DNA of 29,812 nt from Tubiluchus corallicola. Its lineage: Eukaryota; Animalia; Priapulida. Position numbers and translations under genes: made by a program. The notes under the pieces were generated by a model. The model saw only the letters and a program-made list of their open reading frames with translations, was not told the origin of the DNA and searched no databases. How positions within the stretch are numbered: the first letter of the stretch is position 1; each line of letters opens with the position of its first letter. Of this stretch, positions 22,771-29,812 are shown in pieces. The stretch lies in NCBI GenBank assembly GCA_030141605.1, contig JAQGDQ010001681.1:1-29812 (forward strand), read 5' to 3'.

Positions 22771-23372
22771 TAATCTCTTTCAAACAAGTCAGCCTATCGC
22801 TAAGCAATAATATTCTTTCTACGGAAAGTTTTTTGTAACATATGTTGAAAATGCCTGTTCTTGTCCTTTAATTGTCGTCCCATGCTCTGAGTAGTATTGG
22901 CTTTGTTTAACTCACGGGAATAATTGTAGTTAGGGACGCAATATGTTCGCTCTATTTCAGTTTGCGTTTCAACTTCCTTTCCCGCTCTCAGAGCAGGAAG
23001 AATCCAGAAAACTCGACGTTTTTCCATTTCGTCCTTTGAACGCGAATTTGCTGAATTCGGATGAAAATTACTATGATTATATCGCCGCACAGTTAAATTA
23101 CAGCGGAACGGCAACTGCTTTCCTAATTTTGCTTATAGTTTGGCTTGATTAGGCATACAAGTGCAATGTTATATCCGCTCGTAACTCTAGATTCTCAGCG
23201 TGGTGGCAGCTCAAATTGGAAAAGTCTGTGACAGAGTAGAGATAGGATAATCAAGGATAGGCAAGATCACCGTCTAATTTATGCACTCGCGGTTTTGTGT
23301 TTCGTTTTGATCACATCAGTTGGATAATGCTCAGAAAGAACTGTTCAGAAAGTTCAGAAAGAACATCTTATA

Positions 23373-23830
23373 TTCTCGTTCGTGGAACAAAGTTCCTGGA
23401 ATTACATGCTTCTCGTTCGTGGAACAAAGTTCCCTTTAGTTACATGCTTCTCGTTTGTAGAACAAAGTTCCTGGAATTACATGCTTCTCATTCGTGGAAC
23501 AAAGTTCCCTGGAATTACATGCTTCTCGTTTGTAGAACAAAGTTCCTGGAATTACATGCTTCTCATTCGTGGAACAAAGTTCCCTGGAATTACATTCTTC
23601 TCATTCGTGGAACAAAGTTCCCTGGAATTACATTCTTCTCATTCGTGGAACAAAGTTCCTGGAATTACATCCTTCTCGTTCGTGGAACAAAGTTCCAGGA
23701 ATCACATACTTCCCGTTCGTGGAACAAAAAGTTCCAGGAATTACATCCTTCCCGTTCGTGGAACAAAAAGTTCCAGGAATTACGTCCTTCTCGTTCGTGG
23801 AACAAAGTTCCAGGAATTACATCCTTCTCC
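23373..23830. repeat. 37-38-bp minisatellite, ~12 copies
   Basis: Unit TTCTCGTTCGTGGAACAAAGTTCCTGGAATTACATGC; contiguous, with no spacers. Confidence 0.98.
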
Positions 23831-23911
23831 AGAAATGTGGAATTGAAACTACTTCATTATAACGAAATGGAAATTTTAAATGGAACTCGACAAATGTTTC
23901 TTTTGTCGCAG

Positions 23912-24273
<362 letters not shown>

Positions 24274-24843
24274 AGATAACTTGGAATAAAATAGGAATTT
24301 GGAAGTTGCGCTTAGCGTTGACTTTTGCTATTTTTTACATTTTTGACATTTTTGTTTTTGCTTTCTTTGGTTAGACGCTCCATAAAATAGTAGAATTAGT
24401 TATTTTTAAAAAAAATCTATAAATGGTATGAATTATTTCAGGTCATTCACTGTGGTGTAATTTGTCATAATTGATAGAAAATAACGCACTGGGTGGGAAC
24501 TGAACTAAGATCCTTTTGCTGTAAAAGAGCTTGAAACAGATTTCTTTTGCAAAGGGCTAGCGGTATTAGCAACTTCAATTGGTTCCTTTTGTCACGGAGA
24601 AACTTGGAATAGGAAATATTTCCTTTTCTTGGCAGAGAACTAGAAACCTGTAACTAATTTCTGAAGCTAAGGAATTTTTACAAACCTGATTATAAATTAC
24701 CAGCCGGCGTATATTCATATCTCCATTTTCAAACTGTAGCCCTTACCTTGGGTGGCTTTGTATAAAAATGTGTAAAGTGTTGTTCGTATTGTATGGAACG
24801 CCCAAGCTTGGTTATTTGTATCTTAGAAGTAATTCCAAGCAAT

Positions 24844-25438
24844 TAAAAAATCGTGCAAGCGAAAAGAAGTACTGATGTTTATTTTCTAATACATATATAT
24901 ATATATATATTATATTATATTATATTATATTATATTATATTATATTATATTATATTATATTATATTATATTATATTATATTATATATTATATTATATTAT
25001 ATTATATTATATTATATTATATTATATTATATTATATTATATTATATTATATTATATTATATTATATTATATTATATTATATTATATTATATTATATTAT
25101 ATTATATTATATTATATTATATTATATTATATTATAATATAATATAATATAATATAATATAATATAATATAATATAATATAATATAATATAATATAATAT
25201 AATATATTATATTATATTATATTATATTATATTATATTATATTATATTATATTATATTATATTATATTATATTATATTATATTATATTATATATATATAT
25301 AATTATATTATTAATATAATATATAATATTATAATATATTATATTATAATATATTATAATATATTATATTATGCAATATTATATATATATATTAGGAAAA
25401 CAAACATCAGTACTTCTTTTCGCTTGCACGATTTTTTA
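24844..25438. repeat. Inverted repeats (~47 bp) flanking an (ATTAT)n/(AATAT)n microsatellite
   Basis: TAAAAAATCGTGCAAGCGAAAAGAAGTACTGATGTTT at 24844 has its reverse complement ending at 25438. Confidence 0.95.
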
Positions 25439-25688
25439 TTCGTTCGGAAGATATATATATATATATATGTTCTGAAGATTTTTCTCTGCTTGCCCTTTAA
25501 TCTAGAGTTGTACTTATTTAGAATTGCTTGTAAAACTTGGCTTCGTTATATGTATGTAATAGGACAGCAAGTCTGAATTGGGCACGGTTTTTAGTCTACT
25601 CGTTGGAAGCGAAGAAATTGCCACGTCTTTTCCTTTTTCTGTAATATTGAATTTAAAATAAAACTTTTTGTGATTTACTTCAAAGCAA

Positions 25689-25693
25689 TATAC

Positions 25694-25726
<33 letters not shown>

Positions 25727-25736
25727 AGTGAGTGTG

Positions 25737-25797
<61 letters not shown>

Positions 25798-25823
25798 GCG
25801 TGCGTGAGTGTGTGAGAGAGAGA
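25689..25823. repeat. (TA)n-(TG)n-(GA)n compound SSR
   Basis: Directly visible. Confidence 0.96.
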
Positions 25824-25849
25824 AATATGTCGATACTACAAACAAAGAA

Positions 25850-26400
25850 TTGTTGATAAATATCTGTTAGTCATTTATATAAGAAGTTTAATGAATGATT
25901 AGTATTTATAACAGATTGTCATTCAGTTGGCTTCATTTTCAATTATGTGATCATTACATAGTATACTGTTCATCATGTATTAAAACACTTTTTCAACATA
26001 ATCAACAAATGCCTCAATTATTTCTAAATTATTACTTCCGGTTAGGAATAAAAATTTATGAGCATCGTACATAAGAAAAAAATTTGGCATAATTGCATTG
26101 ATGTCATTATATATTTTCTCTCTGAGATCATTGTAATATGGACACTTTATAACAAAGTTTTCGTCTTCGATTTCATTTCTTAAACAGTATGAGCATACAC
26201 GATTCTCAGCTGGGATTTTTCTAGGTTTAACGTACCTCCCTCTTTCAAAACACAAAGCAAGAGAGCTGATTCTCAGTTTTGTATACTTTCTTATAGCATG
26301 TGTTGATTAACCAGAAAGTAAATACCTTTCTAGTTCATATTCTGTTTTGAAGGTCTGAAAGTTTGCAGTTTGTTTTATCCAGCAGGTTTGTTATTTTGTT
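25850..26400 (-). mobile_element. 3' fragment of a LINE ORF2 with C-terminal Cys-rich finger (RTE-X-like)
   Basis: KLRISSLALCFERGRYVKPRKIPAENRVCSYC...EIEDENFVIKCPYYNDLR matches the R.S.H.L.IE.GR...R.C..C...EDE.HF...CP.Y...R motif; the His residues are lost and there are upstream stops. Confidence 0.85.
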
Positions 26401-27049
26401 ATTGTTATGTTATATTTGTTTTCTAGTTGTTGACTGGATGTGGTTTTTGTAATATGATAAACAAAAATAAATTGTAATTCAACTCAATTCAATTCAGTTA
26501 TGGATTTCTTTTTTTTGTAAAACTGGGCATAAACTTCTCATCAGTATGACTGCACGGATACCTCTATCTAATGTCTGGTTGCAACATGTTGTATGTTGTA
26601 TTGTATCGTAAACTTCTTTTATTAAATAAAAGGAAACCTGTTTGTTGTGGGTTTATAGTTTTCGCGATTTTAATACACCAGTTTCACGGGAGAAATGAAA
26701 TGAAATGCTTCCCTTAATCAATTGGAGTTTGCTAACTGACGTTGCTCAAAACTTTGGAGGACGCAAAAAATCAATAACTGCTGGATCGATAGCCGTCTAT
26801 TGCAGGGCGTTTTTAGACAAGCCCGACTAAGATTTTGACGTGTAAGAATTAATCTGATACCAAACATCTGATTACAAAATCCCTAGAGAGCACGTCCGAT
26901 GTCATATTCAATCATGTTCAAGGTTCTAATGATGACGTCATAGCAAATTAATTTAGACTCTGATGTATGAGTCTCAGTGACGTATGGCAAGGCGAACTTT
27001 TACATAAAAATGTAAATTTTTGCATTTTCACAGACGACACGACGATTTG

Positions 27050-27498
27050 TTAAAAGCAAAACCGGACCCAATCTTAAATTGTAGGTCAAAACAATCTACT
27101 CTTTAAGATATTGAAATGAATCCTACTATTTCACGTTCGCGCCACTAGTTCTTCGCTGTGACATGCATTTCGCCATTCGCTAGTTAGACCGGCACCAGCG
27201 CCTACATTTCGCAAACGCAGTGCTCTAAAAACAGGTGCTGTACCTCTGTACTTTTCAGTTCAGTTATATCAGTTCAGATATGTTAGTTTGTAATTTGAAA
27301 CTTGAATTTTTATCTTGGGGAATATTTTTGCTGTGAAAAATTATGTTCATTTGTGATGCCATCAATAGTTGGGCTCGCCCGTCGTTAATTAAGACTTTCA
27401 TCTATACTGCTTTGCAGTAATAACCGTGTTGAAATGTATACTTTTTATCAGACTTGAAAATGGGGTAGTATACGAAAAATCATCCTGTCTTCCTTTAA
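27050..27498 (-). mobile_element. Family A copy 3 (inverted, internally deleted)
   Basis: TTAA at both ends (27050-27053, 27495-27498); reverse complement of copy 1 termini and internal motifs. Confidence 0.8.
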
Positions 27499-27567
27499 CT
27501 TACAACTTAGTTTAAACATAGTTTATTTTGTTCAGCTTAGACAGCTTTTAAAACTGATACATAAATC

Positions 27568-29812
27568 CTTACTATACGTTCGCATAGGCACTATATGTAT
27601 AAAAGGCGTCAGAAATTTATAAGCAGTACTAAAAACAAGGAGTAGGTAAACATTAAAATTTTGTTGCGGACACGGTTAGTCAGGATTGGCTTTGCGCATG
27701 CGCGTCACTTGCTATAAAAGCAGTGAGCACGTAGTTTTCTACGTCTCTGTCTTGGTTGTCACGTCTGCCATGTGTGCTGCTCTTTCCAGTGCCTAGGAGT
27801 GGTTGTCATTTTGGTAGGTACGGGATAGTTTGAATCTAATTAATTATCTTTTGTCTTTTTTTCTTGAGCACTCCCTCCTGCTAGGATGCAGCGCGGTCAC
27901 ACGAAGGTTAACTGCTCGGAGGGCTTCGCAACAATATAATGAAGTCATAATAGCCTGTTTGATGCGTAAAATTTTTATCCTGCGCATGAAAAATAAGAAA
28001 GAAAACTAGATACACACGGCGAAACAGATCTCTTTATAGAATACTTTATAGGTTGCAAGTGGACAACCAAATAAAACTGCCAACAATACCATACTGTTAC
28101 ATGTGCAGATAGAATTTAATTTGCTTGTAGGCCTCTGTATGACACAACTTTTAGCATAATATGTCATTGGAGATCAAGTTTTAACCATAATAATGATTAC
28201 AATAGATGTCATGATTGCCTGCTGATTCACCATTGGCAATAAATGTGTAATTATTTTGATTAGGATTCTGTCAAGTAGGTGACAGGAGACAAAACCAAAT
28301 ATGCTCAGCAGCTGAAGATCTATCAACGATATTGTTGTTGTCTGATATTGATTCGTGGCGATATTAGTATTACGCCACACACAAACGGCAATAATAGCGT
28401 ACGATTGTGTCTGAATATTAAATTGTCAGTTTACAGTTATTACTTTTCGAGGATCACCGAGTAAAGAAATCAGACGTGGAATTCAGAACCAGAAATAGTC
28501 TGAAATTGTAATTAATCGGAATTTCAAATAGGGAGGTTAGAGGAAAAACCAATTCTTCCGGGAAGCTGAGCTTATTTTAATATTTGAGAAAAATGTTAGA
28601 AAGTTTGAGCGATAAAATTGCGTTAAGCGTCTCGCGTAATTAGTAAAATCAATTTAAAGTCGCGATTTCTTCACTGATTGTAACTCTTGTGGATTTAAAC
28701 ATTGAATTGGAATTTAATTAATATGGTATATCAATTTATCTGCATTTTTATGTTACTTCACAGGAAACTTGCTGCATTAATAACCTTGATTTTAGCACGC
28801 ACTTCAATACTTCTTGTTTAATATCACTGTAAGAAATGTTATACGCACAAATTAGAAAAACTAATTACAGTATCCGTAAATGTATTATTGTAGAATTCAC
28901 TCTGTATAGTGTCTATGTCAAATTGTAGAATGTTAGTACAGATATTTTTGCCTGCAAAACGAGGCTAATAAAGACTTATCATCATCATTAACGCTTTGGC
29001 GCGCTCATTTTTAACACAATTTTTTAGCTTTATGTTTATGAAGGGTTTTCTTGTGCTTGAAGATTTTCAAATGACAGATCTATTGCTCAGAGCGAAGCGA
29101 AGAAATCATATTCACAAGTCGATTCAACTTTCATTAGTTAATGACGAAAAAGAGGGCAGAGTTCAATGGTGCGGACCGCTGGTGTTAATTTTACTTTTTT
29201 TTCATCTTACATGTGAAAGTTTCTGATTAATTATTAATAAGACCTGATAAATTATTAACGTTACGATTTCATGTTTGGTAATATAAGTATACTGCAATTG
29301 CGGAAATTGTTTGTAATGTTCTTTATGCAAAGATATTTTTCAGGTGTAGATAACAAAGAAGAATTACTAAACCTTCCCTCCGAGACATCCTCTGAGTGCT
29401 TCGCGGTTTTCTTGTACGTGGTGTTCGGCCAAGTTTAACGAAAAAAAAACCGTCCAAAGCAGTCCCATTTTGGCGCCCTAAACCCGGGTTTTTAGACAGT
29501 TTTTTGAAAATTTGTGAGTCAGTTTTTGCGTAACAGGCTTACTGCCATAACAGATAAAAACAACTAAACAAACAGACAAGCAAGCAAACAAACAAACAAA
29601 CAGACAAACAAAACAAACAAACAAGCTGAAGCATAACTTCCTTGGCAGAAGTAAAACTAACTAAAATATTTATTTTACTGTAACCCTAACTCTAACCCTA
29701 AACACATATTTTGCTACGTGTACCGTTTTTCCTGTGCCTTTTTATTTGTGTCATTTTTACCTACTTTGCAGTAATGCCAACTTTTCCTGTGCCATTTTTA
29801 CCATGCCATTTT
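27568..29812 (+). repeat. Direct duplication, copy 2 (runs off the window)
   Basis: Identical by eye to 20488-22732. Confidence 0.97.
27685..27750 (+). promoter_or_regulatory. Duplicate of the CCAAT/NRF1/TATA cluster
   Basis: Same motifs at +7,080. Confidence 0.55.

Noticed and set aside
23373-23830. CRISPR array (37-bp partly palindromic repeat)
   Set aside because: No spacers between repeats and a eukaryotic context.

Overview
AT-rich, repeat-dominated eukaryotic DNA, most consistent with an invertebrate animal genome (inference from the microsatellites, LINE/SINE/MITE remnants, TTAGGG-type repeats and splice-like signals). I see no prokaryotic genes, no CRISPR array and no host gene that I can name. 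Almost all long ORFs in the supplied track are microsatellite or minisatellite artefacts. Well-supported content: (i) a decayed, RT-less non-LTR retrotransposon on the minus strand (gag-like ORF1 with three CCHC knuckles plus an APE endonuclease), interrupted by a MITE; (ii) two LINE 3' fragments; (iii) a tRNA-derived SINE and a probable 5S-related SINE pair; (iv) several TTAA-flanked (Kolobok-like) and Harbinger-like MITEs; (v) four minisatellites and many SSRs; (vi) an apparently exact direct duplication with a 7,080-bp offset (20488-22732 = 27568-29812) that carries a compact CCAAT/NRF1/TATA promoter. The most unusual signals are a fold-back element with two complementary degenerate Penelope-type hammerhead ribozyme motifs, inverted repeats wrapped around AT microsatellites, a 37-bp minisatellite packed with STAT/GAS-type TTC-N3-GAA palindromes, an Asp-rich frame that ends at a consensus splice donor, and unique islands with phase-compatible splice sites. 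I cannot establish a novel biological system from sequence alone, so these are leads. All alignments were done by eye and boundaries are approximate unless a motif is quoted.
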